Shown one piece after another: positions 1-9,247 of a DNA stretch of 44,251 bases. The position numbers and the translations under genes were made by a program. Below the pieces are notes generated by a model. It was not told the origin of the DNA and ran no database searches. It was given only the letters and a program-made list of their open reading frames with translations. Within the stretch, counting starts at the first letter, position 1. Every line of letters begins with the position of its first letter. Source of the DNA: Nitrosotalea sp. (GTDB lineage Archaea > Thermoproteota > Nitrososphaeria > Nitrososphaerales > Nitrosopumilaceae); assembly GCA_050749325.1 (NCBI GenBank), contig JBOGRA010000001.1, forward strand, positions 1 to 44,251, read 5' to 3'.

Positions 1-30
1 TATTTTTTTAGGATAATCTACATAGTTTCT

Positions 31-57
31 TTTATAAGGGATGACACAGTATGTCAT
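31..57 (+). promoter_or_regulatory. TATA box (TTTATAA) followed by palindrome ATGACA-N5-TGTCAT
   Basis: TTTATAA at 31-37 lies about 25 nt upstream of ATG 60; a perfect 6-bp inverted repeat spans 41-57. Confidence 0.55.
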
Positions 58-59
58 AA

Positions 60-929
60 ATGGAAGAATTAGTAATAAAGAAAGATTTTACGGACGTTTA
101 CATACAAAAATATCCAGCTCCTTATCTTGAAGAAATGAAGAATGTAGGATACAGAATACCTGATCAAACCAAACCTCTTTACAAACATCTTGCAGAACGT
201 GTTGTTAATTATACAAAAAGACCAGTTAAAATCCTAGATCTTGGAAGTTCTTATGGAATAAACTCTGCGCTGTTAAACCACGAATTAATAATGTCAGAGT
301 TAGACGCGTTCTTTGTAGAAAACAATCCCAATCCTTCAATCAAATCAACACAGAACTTTTTTGATGATCTGCCAAACAATGATCCGAACCTTGAATTTTA
401 TCTGGTTGATACATCATCACCTGCTCTGGAATTTGCTGAAAAAGCCGGCTTGTGTGAAGGTAGTTTTTGCATAAATTTGGAAAAAGAAACCATTTCGTCT
501 AAACTACAACAAGTAATGCATGATATTGATCTTATCATTTCAACTGGATGTGTTGGATATATAGGCTGGAAATCATTTGCAAAAATATTTGAAAAAATTG
601 GAGCCGACAGAGATCCTCTTCCAATCTTTGCTTTTACACTACTTAGGATTTTTCCATCGGATGGTATTGAGAGAGTTTTTAAAGAAAACAATTTTAAATT
701 GCTAAAAACCAAGATAGGGCCACTGAAACAAAGGAGATTTTATGATGAAACTGAAATGAATGATACTTTAGAGTTGCTGAAAAGTAGAAATTTAGATACA
801 AAAAATCTGGAAGAGTCTGGTTATTATTTTGCTGATTTTTACGTTGGTGGACCTAGGAACATTCAATCTACTTGGTTATCATGGATTCAAAACCTTGAAG
901 ATGTTTTTGTTCCTATTCAAGGTAATTAA
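60..929 (+). CDS. Class I SAM-dependent methyltransferase-like protein
   Basis: Motif I KILDLGSSYG, acidic post-I motif LVDTS, DLIISTGCVGY; substrate unknown. Confidence 0.7.
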   Translation: MEELVIKKDFTDVYIQKYPAPYLEEMKNVGYRIPDQTKPLYKHLAERVVNYTKRPVKILDLGSSYGINSALLNHELIMSELDAFFVENNPNPSIKSTQNFFDDLPNNDPNLEFYLVDTSSPALEFAEKAGLCEGSFCINLEKETISSKLQQVMHDIDLIISTGCVGYIGWKSFAKIFEKIGADRDPLPIFAFTLLRIFPSDGIERVFKENNFKLLKTKIGPLKQRRFYDETEMNDTLELLKSRNLDTKNLEESGYYFADFYVGGPRNIQSTWLSWIQNLEDVFVPIQGN

Positions 930-1207
930 ACCGAAGATTCGCACCCAATTAGGCCTTAGTGTATCTACTCAATTTTTTTGAATTTTTTATTTAATTCTAG
1001 AAATAATCTGAGATTAAAAATCACGATGTATAGTAACTAATGAATAAACCTTATCAGATATGTTGGTAAATATTCTGAAAGCCTAGTTGTGTAAAGTGCT
1101 AACATGAACAAAGCATTTGTTTTAATTTTAAATAATATTGATTGATCTTTCATATATAAAGTAAGATACAAATCAAAGCAACTTAAGCATCACTCATGAT
1201 TGATTCT

Positions 1208-1390
1208 ATGGAAAAGTAAAAACTTTAGAACCTTACACAAGAAGAAATTACACTGTTGCAAAACATTCTCGACAAATTAACCAACCCAAAACCAGTAAAA
1301 GAAATAAGACAAGTGCATAAAATCCGAGGTACTTTCGCAAAAAAGATTCGCTACTATTTTACGAATGGAAAAAGTGTCAAAAAACCGTGA
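1208..1390 (+). pseudogene. Possible degraded small gene with two early in-frame stops
   Basis: ATG1208 frame reads MEK*KL*NLTQEEITLLQNILDKLTNPKPVKEIRQVHKIRGTFAKKIRYYFTNGKSVKKP*; 53 open codons follow the stops. Confidence 0.3.
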
Positions 1391-1409
1391 CGTGCTATTA
1401 CAGTATAAA

Positions 1410-1484
1410 CGGGTCCGAAGGGCTTCGATCCCTTGACCACTGGATTAGAAGTCCAGCACTCTATCCATGCTGAGCTACGGGCCC
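1410..1484 (-). tRNA. tRNA-Arg(UCU)
   Basis: Reverse complement GGGCCCGTAGCTCAGCATGGATAGAGTGCTGGACTTCTAATCCAGTGGTCAAGGGATCGAAGCCCTTCGGACCCG folds as a cloverleaf; anticodon TCT; no intron; CCA not encoded. Confidence 0.95.
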
Positions 1485-1519
1485 AAATATCGGGCAATTA
1501 GTAGCCATATTAAGGGTTT

Positions 1520-2365
1520 TTACAACCATTTTTTTTTATTGAGATCTCTTTCCATTTTGAAAAGAAACTGTTGGGAATACCCTGAATAAGGTCCAAAATG
1601 TTCTACAATTTTTTCATGTAGGCTGGTGTATTTTTTTTCTGTTAAAGATTTTCCATGTCTGGCATCAAATATTTTTGGATAATATTTTTGTAAAATCCTC
1701 TGTGTCCATCTATCTATAGGAAAAGATTCCAGCTTGTCAAGTGAAAACAAAAGTATGCAATCAGCAATTTTATTGCCAATGCCTCGTACTGTCTTGAGGG
1801 TATCTAGCGCAGATCTGTAGTCTGTTTTCCTCAACGATTCAAACTCTATTTTTTCCAAGTTTACCGCCTTTACTGCATCTTTTACGTATTTTGCCCTGAA
1901 TCCGAGTCCACATGAAAGTAAATCTTTGGTAGTGGCATTTGCTAGCCTTTCTGCACTGGGAAAAGTAGAAAACTGCTGGTTTTCGAATTCTATTTTATTG
2001 CCAAATTTCTGGCATAGTCTTAGTAGCATATTCTTGATGTTTCGTATCGACGAGTTGGATGAACATATAAATGAAATATAACACTGAAAAGGATCTTGTC
2101 TTATCAATCTCAAGCCCAAAAACTGTTTTACTGTTGCACCAACAAGACTATCTCTGCTAATGTCTGATAATATCTTATTCAAATTGTCATCCTGTCTAAA
2201 AAAGTGGCAAACACTTTTTGACGATAAACCTATTTGAAAAGGATCTGTTATAACTAAAAGCTCGTCGCCGTTAATGCCAAACCATCTATCCCCAATCTTA
2301 TCCCAGAGAAATACTTGGCCACTGTTGATTGTAAAATTTAGGTCTATTGTAGAATTGTTCCGCAT
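1520..2365 (-). CDS. ogg1: 8-oxoguanine DNA glycosylase (OGG1 family, HhH-GPD)
   Basis: TINSGQVFLW N-terminus, LIRQDPFQC, GLGFRAKY, HhH GIGNKIADCILLF, FPID. Confidence 0.9.
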   Translation of the reverse strand: MRNNSTIDLNFTINSGQVFLWDKIGDRWFGINGDELLVITDPFQIGLSSKSVCHFFRQDDNLNKILSDISRDSLVGATVKQFLGLRLIRQDPFQCYISFICSSNSSIRNIKNMLLRLCQKFGNKIEFENQQFSTFPSAERLANATTKDLLSCGLGFRAKYVKDAVKAVNLEKIEFESLRKTDYRSALDTLKTVRGIGNKIADCILLFSLDKLESFPIDRWTQRILQKYYPKIFDARHGKSLTEKKYTSLHEKIVEHFGPYSGYSQQFLFKMERDLNKKKWL

Positions 2366-2366
2366 T

Positions 2367-3623
2367 TTATATAGTGATTATTTCGCCTGCATCGGGTGCA
2401 TGGGCATCAAACCCAAATTTTTGATGTATCTCCTCAGCAAATTTTGTACATGATTCATTATCACCATGAATGGTGAGAACCTTTGGGTTTCCTTTGATTT
2501 TTTTTACAAAGTCAAAAAGAGCTGTTCTGTCAGCGTGACCAGAAAATTCAAACTGTCTCACCTCAGCTTCTGCCTTGACCTCCTTACCTCTAACACTAAC
2601 ACGACCTGTTTCCAAAAGTTTTCTTCCAGGAGTTCTTTCTCCCTGATAAGAAACTAACGCTATACCGTTTTTCTTATCAAGAGCTAGATTTTGTAAATAA
2701 AATACGGCGGAACCTCCAACTAACATGCCAGCAGGAGAAATTATTACTGCCGGTTCATCTAACATACTTTTTCTTTCCCTTTCTCCTCTTACCCAAACTG
2801 CATGATTCACAGAATCTGCAAAAACTTCTGCATCACGCAGATATTCTGGATATCTTAACATTATTTCATTTACCTTTACCGCCATGCCGTCCATGATGAC
2901 TTTGTGTTTAAATTTGGCATTTTTTAATACCACAGCTATTTCTTGTGATCTTTCAACAGAAAAGGCAGGTACGAAAAGTATTCCCTTTCTATCCAAAACT
3001 TCATACGCAAATTCAATGAATTTTTCTTCTGCCTCAAGACGTGGCATCTGATCTGTCTGTGAATAAGTGCTCTCAGTGATTAACAAATCAATCTCACCTA
3101 GATCAAGATCTGCCTCCCTTAACATACGCGATCCTCTTGGGTTGATATCTCCTGTATAGAATAATCTCTTTTTCTGTGATTCTACAAGTACAGAAGCTCC
3201 GCCTAACACGTGACCCGATTCTAATAGCTCAAAGGAGGCATTTCCACGAGTAATCTTTTCTCTATATTTAATTTCCTTTGAACGCATCATCATTTTGGAC
3301 ACATCAGACAAGTCAAAAGGAAGCTTACTTTTTTCAAGTCTTATCATGTCCTCTATCAACAATCTTGAAAGGTCAAAAGTTGGAGGGGTTGCATAGACAT
3401 CTGTACTACCGTTCACAAAAAGTGAAGGCATATTGCCTGAGTGATCTAGGTGGGCATGGGTTATGATGGCAGCGTTAATCTCCTGTGGGCTTATTTGCAG
3501 TGGATATAGCGACTCCTTTCCTAGCTCTACTCCATAATCTAACAAGAAACTTACTCCATCACAATTAACTTGAAAGGCGGATCTGCCTACTTCTTTTGCC
3601 GCCCCTAAGACTTTGACCTGCAA
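2367..3623 (-). CDS. Beta-CASP metallo-beta-lactamase ribonuclease (aCPSF2-like)
   Basis: GAAKEVGRS, THAHLDH, SGHVLG, YTGD, ESTY, FSGHAD, IHGD motifs; no N-terminal KH domains; TTG start. Confidence 0.9.
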   Translation of the reverse strand: MQVKVLGAAKEVGRSAFQVNCDGVSFLLDYGVELGKESLYPLQISPQEINAAIITHAHLDHSGNMPSLFVNGSTDVYATPPTFDLSRLLIEDMIRLEKSKLPFDLSDVSKMMMRSKEIKYREKITRGNASFELLESGHVLGGASVLVESQKKRLFYTGDINPRGSRMLREADLDLGEIDLLITESTYSQTDQMPRLEAEEKFIEFAYEVLDRKGILFVPAFSVERSQEIAVVLKNAKFKHKVIMDGMAVKVNEIMLRYPEYLRDAEVFADSVNHAVWVRGERERKSMLDEPAVIISPAGMLVGGSAVFYLQNLALDKKNGIALVSYQGERTPGRKLLETGRVSVRGKEVKAEAEVRQFEFSGHADRTALFDFVKKIKGNPKVLTIHGDNESCTKFAEEIHQKFGFDAHAPDAGEIITI

Positions 3624-3741
3624 GACTTGAAAATCTTTTCAGAGCACCTTTAAACGTTTAGCGTTTGGAAAAATTAACCTCGTTATATTGCTTGTATAAT
3701 TTACAAAAGACTTAATTATATGAATCAGAATTGATCTGAAC

Positions 3742-3963
3742 ATGGGTAGAACCTTTGAACAATGGTGGAGTACCATCCCAAAAGATCTTCGAGACAAAGT
3801 TCGAAGAGGCGATGAAGGTAACAAACCATTATTAAACCAGATAAATTGGATTTGGGTTCACAATATGATGAATCAAAAAGGTGATCTAAATCCTACATCT
3901 GCAGAATTGCTCGACTGGGTAACATCAGGCCAGATTGAAGCAATGCGCCAAATAAAGAAGTAA
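3742..3963 (+). CDS. Small Trp-rich hypothetical protein
   Basis: 73-aa ORF with TATA-like TTAATTATA about 25 nt upstream and a T-rich tract downstream. Confidence 0.75.
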   Translation: MGRTFEQWWSTIPKDLRDKVRRGDEGNKPLLNQINWIWVHNMMNQKGDLNPTSAELLDWVTSGQIEAMRQIKK

Positions 3964-4084
3964 AAATTTCAATTATACTTTCTTTTTGTTTTTCTTTTAT
4001 TCTTTAACTGTGAAATAATTCTATAACTCCGTTATGAATTTTGCAGATAGTTTAAATAGCAAATGGTAGTTGATCAAAATTAGA

Positions 4085-4387
4085 ATGCCAATAGCAATCA
4101 TTCCAGACATCGATGAACAGAGATGTATAGGCTGTGCGCTTTGCGTAGAGATCTGTACTTCTCTTGGCCCAGACGTTCTTCGTGTAAAGCCTGTTGAAGG
4201 CTGGAAGAGAGGTAAAGCATTTGTGTTCTATCCAGAGAGATGTATCTCAGACGGTGCATGCATAGGTGTATGTCCAACAAAGGCAATCTTCTGGATGCGA
4301 CCAATGACTTACACACCTGGTCAACCAGTTCCTCTCCACAAGAATGGTATTTTCGTAAAAGGCTGGGCAGAAGACGCTGCACTTTAA
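4085..4387 (+). CDS. Dicluster-type ferredoxin
   Basis: CIGCALCVEIC and CISDGACIGVCP motifs; ATG 4085 preferred to TTG 4070 because TATA TTTAAATA lies at 4051-4058. Confidence 0.9.
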   Translation: MPIAIIPDIDEQRCIGCALCVEICTSLGPDVLRVKPVEGWKRGKAFVFYPERCISDGACIGVCPTKAIFWMRPMTYTPGQPVPLHKNGIFVKGWAEDAAL

Positions 4388-4411
4388 GCGAAACCGTTCT
4401 TCCATTTTTTC

Positions 4412-5926
4412 TTATTTTTTAAAATTGAAAAATTTGATCTTCTTTTTTGTTAGTTTTGCGTGATATTTTAGAAAGTCATCATTTGCAACATGGATTGTTT
4501 TGAATTTGTTTTGTTTAAGAAATATGTTCCAAGTCTTAGCAAATTCAGAAAACTCATCTTTGTCATGTTGAGAATCAGACATTACATAATGTGCTGCAGG
4601 ATAAATATCTGAAAGTTCTAGGGGTATTATTCCTAGATATGGATTGTACTGGCAGAACTGTGTGTAATCTGCAATACTTGCAAATCTTTTTTTCACTTTG
4701 CTATATTCTCTTGAGAGGTAAAATGGCCTCATAGTACCGTCCGGAATAATTACAAGGTTTTTTTTACTAGTCCTAAATTTCCTTACCATGTTGTGAAATC
4801 TAGATATCTCAGGTCTGAATTGGTCCTCCTTTGAAAACAAGAATATTGCATTTTCCTTGAATCTGGGTGTGTTTCCTATAAGAAACGAAGTGTTAGAAGT
4901 GAGAACTGATATGACTTCAAAGAGTTTTGGGTGCGCACGTGCTTTCTTGAGTACATATTCCCACAATCTCCCTTCGTGAATGCATTCCTTTACTCTGTCA
5001 ACTTCAGCCTTTATAGCATAAAGATTGTGTAAAGCAACACTGTTTATTTTTTCATCTCTAGGAAGTGATTGGATCTCCTTTGGCTTGTATTTACTACATA
5101 TTTCACAAGTACAGGAGAAATATGATATCTCGTTAAGATGAGCTGTACCGTCTTCCATCATGTATCTATCATGTTTTGCATAGAGCATGTAGGAGGCAGA
5201 ATCAAAGGTATCACAGCCAAGAGCCACGGCTAGCGGGATTGTAAGGGGATGGCCTGCGCCAAAGAGATGAAGCGGAACAGAATCCGGCATCTCTTTTTTT
5301 GCAGTAATTATCATTCTTGCCAAAAGTCTGTATTCGTATGATTCCATGAATTCAACTGGACTTCCTAGTGCCAGCATTTGAAAACCGTATTTGACCAAAG
5401 CTCTGGTTGATTCTTTAACTAGATCCGAATACTCACTTCCCTGTATCGGCCCTATCCATATCTGTCCGTTGTCATCTCTTGTCTCCAGAGTTTCCTTTGA
5501 TACCTTTAGTGTGTGATTTACATATTCTCTTGCCTTCTTCTTTGATAAACCAAAACCGGTCGGTTTGTCCAGTGGAATGGCAAAATCTGTCGCAATTCCT
5601 TTTTCAAATGATGCCATAGTTTTGTAATTTGTATCTATGTTGCCATATTCGAGAACTTGGTACCCACCTGAATCTGTCATCACTGCACCATCATAGTCAA
5701 TTATTTTGTGGATTCCTTTTCTTACGGCATCATCACCGTGTTGTTTTAGTGTGATAAAGGCATTTGTTATAACAAGATCAAAACCAATCTCTCGTATTTT
5801 TTTTGTAGGTATTGACTGTCGTACTGGATGAATCACTGGCACATATGCTGGAGTCTCAATCTTTCCGTGATTAGTATGCAGTATTCCTATTCTTCCTGCT
5901 AGATCAGACTTTTTTATCTCAAACAT
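4412..5926 (-). CDS. tgtA: Archaeosine tRNA-guanine(15) transglycosylase
   Basis: ETPAYVPV, MTDSGGYQ, GPIQG, LHLFGAGHP, DTFDSASY, Zn site CTCEIC...HN. Confidence 0.95.
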   Translation of the reverse strand: MFEIKKSDLAGRIGILHTNHGKIETPAYVPVIHPVRQSIPTKKIREIGFDLVITNAFITLKQHGDDAVRKGIHKIIDYDGAVMTDSGGYQVLEYGNIDTNYKTMASFEKGIATDFAIPLDKPTGFGLSKKKAREYVNHTLKVSKETLETRDDNGQIWIGPIQGSEYSDLVKESTRALVKYGFQMLALGSPVEFMESYEYRLLARMIITAKKEMPDSVPLHLFGAGHPLTIPLAVALGCDTFDSASYMLYAKHDRYMMEDGTAHLNEISYFSCTCEICSKYKPKEIQSLPRDEKINSVALHNLYAIKAEVDRVKECIHEGRLWEYVLKKARAHPKLFEVISVLTSNTSFLIGNTPRFKENAIFLFSKEDQFRPEISRFHNMVRKFRTSKKNLVIIPDGTMRPFYLSREYSKVKKRFASIADYTQFCQYNPYLGIIPLELSDIYPAAHYVMSDSQHDKDEFSEFAKTWNIFLKQNKFKTIHVANDDFLKYHAKLTKKKIKFFNFKK

Positions 5927-5960
5927 TTCATGTTTTGATTTAACACAACGTAATTTGAAC

Positions 5961-6512
5961 CTAGTACGGGAAAAATCTCTTCAGGTCTCTCTTTTCTGAA
6001 ACTATTTTTAGCCAATCAACATTGTCTTCCTCTGCTTTGCCTTTTACAAAAAGAGACTCAATTTTTTTTACTGTACTGGATACTGATTTGTTAGTAGTAT
6101 CAAATTGGAAAGTTTTCTTACGCCCTATATTTTTTATCGTATCGTAGTATGTAATTCCTATTATCTCACTACCCAAATTTTCGAGTGATTTTTTCTTATC
6201 ATATCCTCTTTTCTTGTAAATCCCCTCCAAGTTGTATGGATTACGTCTCAATACTACAGCGATCTCTATCTTGCTTTTTGAAATGATGTAGGGAGCTAAA
6301 TGCCCAACAAGTAATGCATTCTTCGGCATCTTTTTATCTAAAATCTTCTTTAGTTTTCGAACATCTACATCCAATACCTGATCGTTCTTTTCAGCCACAC
6401 CTTCATTTATTGACAGTTTATTTACGTCTACTAGTTCTAACTCTAGTTTTCTTGCTAGTATTCCTGCCACCGTGTGTTTTCCTGTTCCAGGATTTCCTGT
6501 TATTATTTTCAA
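5961..6512 (-). CDS. Adenylate kinase AK6/Fap7 family
   Basis: ITGNPGTGKHT P-loop, xGH motif, LRRNP...RGY...ENLGSE. Confidence 0.8.
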   Translation of the reverse strand: MKIITGNPGTGKHTVAGILARKLELELVDVNKLSINEGVAEKNDQVLDVDVRKLKKILDKKMPKNALLVGHLAPYIISKSKIEIAVVLRRNPYNLEGIYKKRGYDKKKSLENLGSEIIGITYYDTIKNIGRKKTFQFDTTNKSVSSTVKKIESLFVKGKAEEDNVDWLKIVSEKRDLKRFFPY

Positions 6513-6585
6513 CGAATAAGTTGAAGGATGAATTCAATTAAACACTTCTGCAATACTAATAAGAGAAGACATTGGACTTATTTTT

Positions 6586-7776
6586 ATGCAGATCGGACTA
6601 CTGGGCAAAACTAATGTTGGAAAATCAACATTTTTCTCAGCTGCAACTCAAACTGCCGTACAGATTGGAAATTACCCCTTTACTACAATTGAGCCCAATG
6701 TTGGTATTGTTTATGTTAAAACTGAATGTGCGTGCAAACATTTTGGGATAAATCATGTTCATCAGCTATGTGTAAAGGGAACTAGATTTATTCCTGTGAA
6801 ACTAATTGATGTGGCAGGTCTTGTTCCTGGTGCTCATGAGGGAAAAGGACTAGGAAATAAATTTCTAGATGATGCAAGACAGGCAGAAGTACTGATCCAT
6901 GTGGTAGATGCATCAGGGTCAACAGACATTCAAGGACAATCTGTGCCAGCTGGCACTCATAATCCGCTTGAAGATGTGTTGTTTGTAGAAGAGGAATTTG
7001 ATCAATGGATGAAGCAGATACTTCAGAGGGAATGGCACAAGTTGACACGAGAGCTAGAAAGCAAGAGTGGTAAAATTGTTCATGCTATTACTCAAAGATT
7101 CAGTGGTCTTGGAATAGTGGAATATGATGTTGAAGTTGTCTTGCATCATTTGAATTTACAGATAAAAAAACCATTAGATTGGACTGAAAACGATATTCTC
7201 TCATTTGTAAAGGAATTAAGAAAGAGGACTAGACCGATTATAATTGCTGCCAACAAATCTGATCTCTGTCATGATCTTGGCATATTGGATGAATTAAAAA
7301 AAATACATAATACAATAGCATGTAGCGCAGAGACTGAATTATTGTTGAGAAAAGCTGCAAAAGGAGGTCTTGTAGATTATCTTCCAGGGGAGAAAGATTT
7401 CAAAATAAAAGGAATAAACCCGAGTCCACAACAACAAAAAGCATTAGATTTGGCTCAAAAGGTATTGTTTAAGATTGGGGGTACTGGCATTCAGCAAATA
7501 CTGGATTCTGCTTGCTTTGATCTTTTAAAATTGATTGCAGTCTTTCCAGTAGAAGATGAATCAAAACTGTCAAACAAGAATGGGGAGATCTTGCCAGATG
7601 CACGATTACTTCCAGCAGGATCCACTGCAAGAGATCTCGCTAGAACGGTTCATGAAGATCTGGCAAAAGGCTTCCTTTATGCAGTAGACGTCAAGACAAA
7701 ACAACGAGTGGGTGCAGAGCATCAATTAAAAAATGGGGACGTGTTGAAAATAGCGTCAACTCTAAGTAGAGGATAA
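6586..7776 (+). CDS. ychF: OBG-family ATPase/GTPase YchF
   Basis: GKTNVGKST, YPFTTIEPN, DVAGLVPGA, NKSD, C-terminal TGS domain. Confidence 0.93.
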   Translation: MQIGLLGKTNVGKSTFFSAATQTAVQIGNYPFTTIEPNVGIVYVKTECACKHFGINHVHQLCVKGTRFIPVKLIDVAGLVPGAHEGKGLGNKFLDDARQAEVLIHVVDASGSTDIQGQSVPAGTHNPLEDVLFVEEEFDQWMKQILQREWHKLTRELESKSGKIVHAITQRFSGLGIVEYDVEVVLHHLNLQIKKPLDWTENDILSFVKELRKRTRPIIIAANKSDLCHDLGILDELKKIHNTIACSAETELLLRKAAKGGLVDYLPGEKDFKIKGINPSPQQQKALDLAQKVLFKIGGTGIQQILDSACFDLLKLIAVFPVEDESKLSNKNGEILPDARLLPAGSTARDLARTVHEDLAKGFLYAVDVKTKQRVGAEHQLKNGDVLKIASTLSRG

Positions 7777-7777
7777 T

Positions 7778-8761
7778 ATGCTTTGTCTAGGAATCGAAAG
7801 TACTGCTCACACTTTTTCGTGTGCTGTTATTGAGAAAAAGGGCAAAATTGGAAGGATTCTATCAGATGTTAGAAAAATATACCGACCACCTGAAGGTGAG
7901 GGAATACACCCACGAGAAGCATCTCGTCACCATGCTGAAAACTCTCCACAAGTACTCTCAGAATGTCTGGAGAAAGCTGGTGTAAAAATTACTGAACTTG
8001 ATCTAGTCTCATATGCTGCAGGTCCAGGCCTCGGTCCATGCCTTAGAATTGGCGCAGTTGTAGCAAGATCTCTTTCTTCATACTATGGCATACCAGTATA
8101 TCCAGTGAATCATGCGCTTGGTCATATTGAATTGGGTAAGATGCTTACCGGAGCAAAAGATCCTCTAGTTTTACTTGTATCAGGGGGTCATACTATGATT
8201 CTTGCATTTCTAGGTAAGAAATGGCGGGTATTTGGTGAAACGCTAGACATAACGCTAGGACAACTATTGGATCAAATTGGAAGACATGCTGGATTTGCAT
8301 CGCCTTGCGGTACAAAGATCGAGGAACTTGCATCCAAATCATCTAATTATGAGCCTCTGCCATATGTAGTCAAAGGAAATGATGTCTCTTTTTCAGGTCT
8401 TCTTTCTGCCACAAAAAGAATAATTCCAAAAGGACTCGAGATGGCATGCTTTTCATTGCAAGAAACAGCATTTTCAATGATGGGCGAAGCTGTAGAAAGA
8501 GCTTTATCGTTTACAGGAAAGAATGAATTTCTAGTAGTGGGAGGCGTAGCGGCCAACAAGAGACTATCCGAAATTCTTCAAAGCATATGTAAAAGACATG
8601 ATTGTAAATTCTTTGTATCTCCAAAGGAATATTCTGGAGACTGCGGTTCTCAGATCTCTTGGGTTGGATTATTAGAATCGTCAAAAAAAACTGGTGTAAA
8701 GCTAGAAAATACATTTGTAAGACAATCGTGGAGATTAGACACTGTAGAGATATTTTACTGA
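7778..8761 (+). CDS. kae1: KEOPS t6A synthase Kae1
   Basis: LGIESTAHT, GPGLGPCL, VNHALGH, VSGGHT, GETLD, GGVAAN. Confidence 0.96.
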   Translation: MLCLGIESTAHTFSCAVIEKKGKIGRILSDVRKIYRPPEGEGIHPREASRHHAENSPQVLSECLEKAGVKITELDLVSYAAGPGLGPCLRIGAVVARSLSSYYGIPVYPVNHALGHIELGKMLTGAKDPLVLLVSGGHTMILAFLGKKWRVFGETLDITLGQLLDQIGRHAGFASPCGTKIEELASKSSNYEPLPYVVKGNDVSFSGLLSATKRIIPKGLEMACFSLQETAFSMMGEAVERALSFTGKNEFLVVGGVAANKRLSEILQSICKRHDCKFFVSPKEYSGDCGSQISWVGLLESSKKTGVKLENTFVRQSWRLDTVEIFY

Positions 8762-9081
8762 TCCTTGTAGTTGGAAATAGCCTCTTGCACTGTTTTTTTC
8801 CATTTTCCGTTATTGAAGACCCCAAACTTGTATGTTTTTTCCCCTTCGTTAGTTTTAATTTTAATTCGAAGTTTTTTGATAAATGTTCCTTCTTTTGAGA
8901 CTTCAGCTATGTCATTTAGCCTAGCTTCTATCACAGTTTCACCAAACTTTTTAGAAAAATCCATAATTCGTCCTTGTGTTTTGTCAAAAGCGATTCTCAT
9001 GTTAGTAAGAGTAAGGATACCGATACCTAATGTATCTTCTGAACAGTCCTCTTGCATGATTTTTTTCTCGTCTGGTTCCAT
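8755..9081 (-). CDS. Standalone PH/GRAM-like domain protein
   Basis: GILTLTNMRIAF signature, beta-rich body, C-terminal helix containing Trp (GKWKKTVQEAI). Confidence 0.7.
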   Translation of the reverse strand: MEPDEKKIMQEDCSEDTLGIGILTLTNMRIAFDKTQGRIMDFSKKFGETVIEARLNDIAEVSKEGTFIKKLRIKIKTNEGEKTYKFGVFNNGKWKKTVQEAISNYKDQ

Positions 9082-9247
9082 GAAATCTTTTTTTTATCGT
9101 ATGTTATAACTGTATATAGTACAATCATTAATTTAGAGTATTGATGTAACATCTGTGTTTATTACTCATGTTGTTACATGAGTAGGATGTTAGTAATGAA
9201 AGGAATTCTTCTGATATAATTGTAACTTAAATTATGTGATATAATAC

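Noticed and set aside
3639..3824. 61-aa minus-strand ORF upstream of the beta-CASP gene
   Set aside because: It overlaps the better-supported 73-aa plus-strand gene and its promoter
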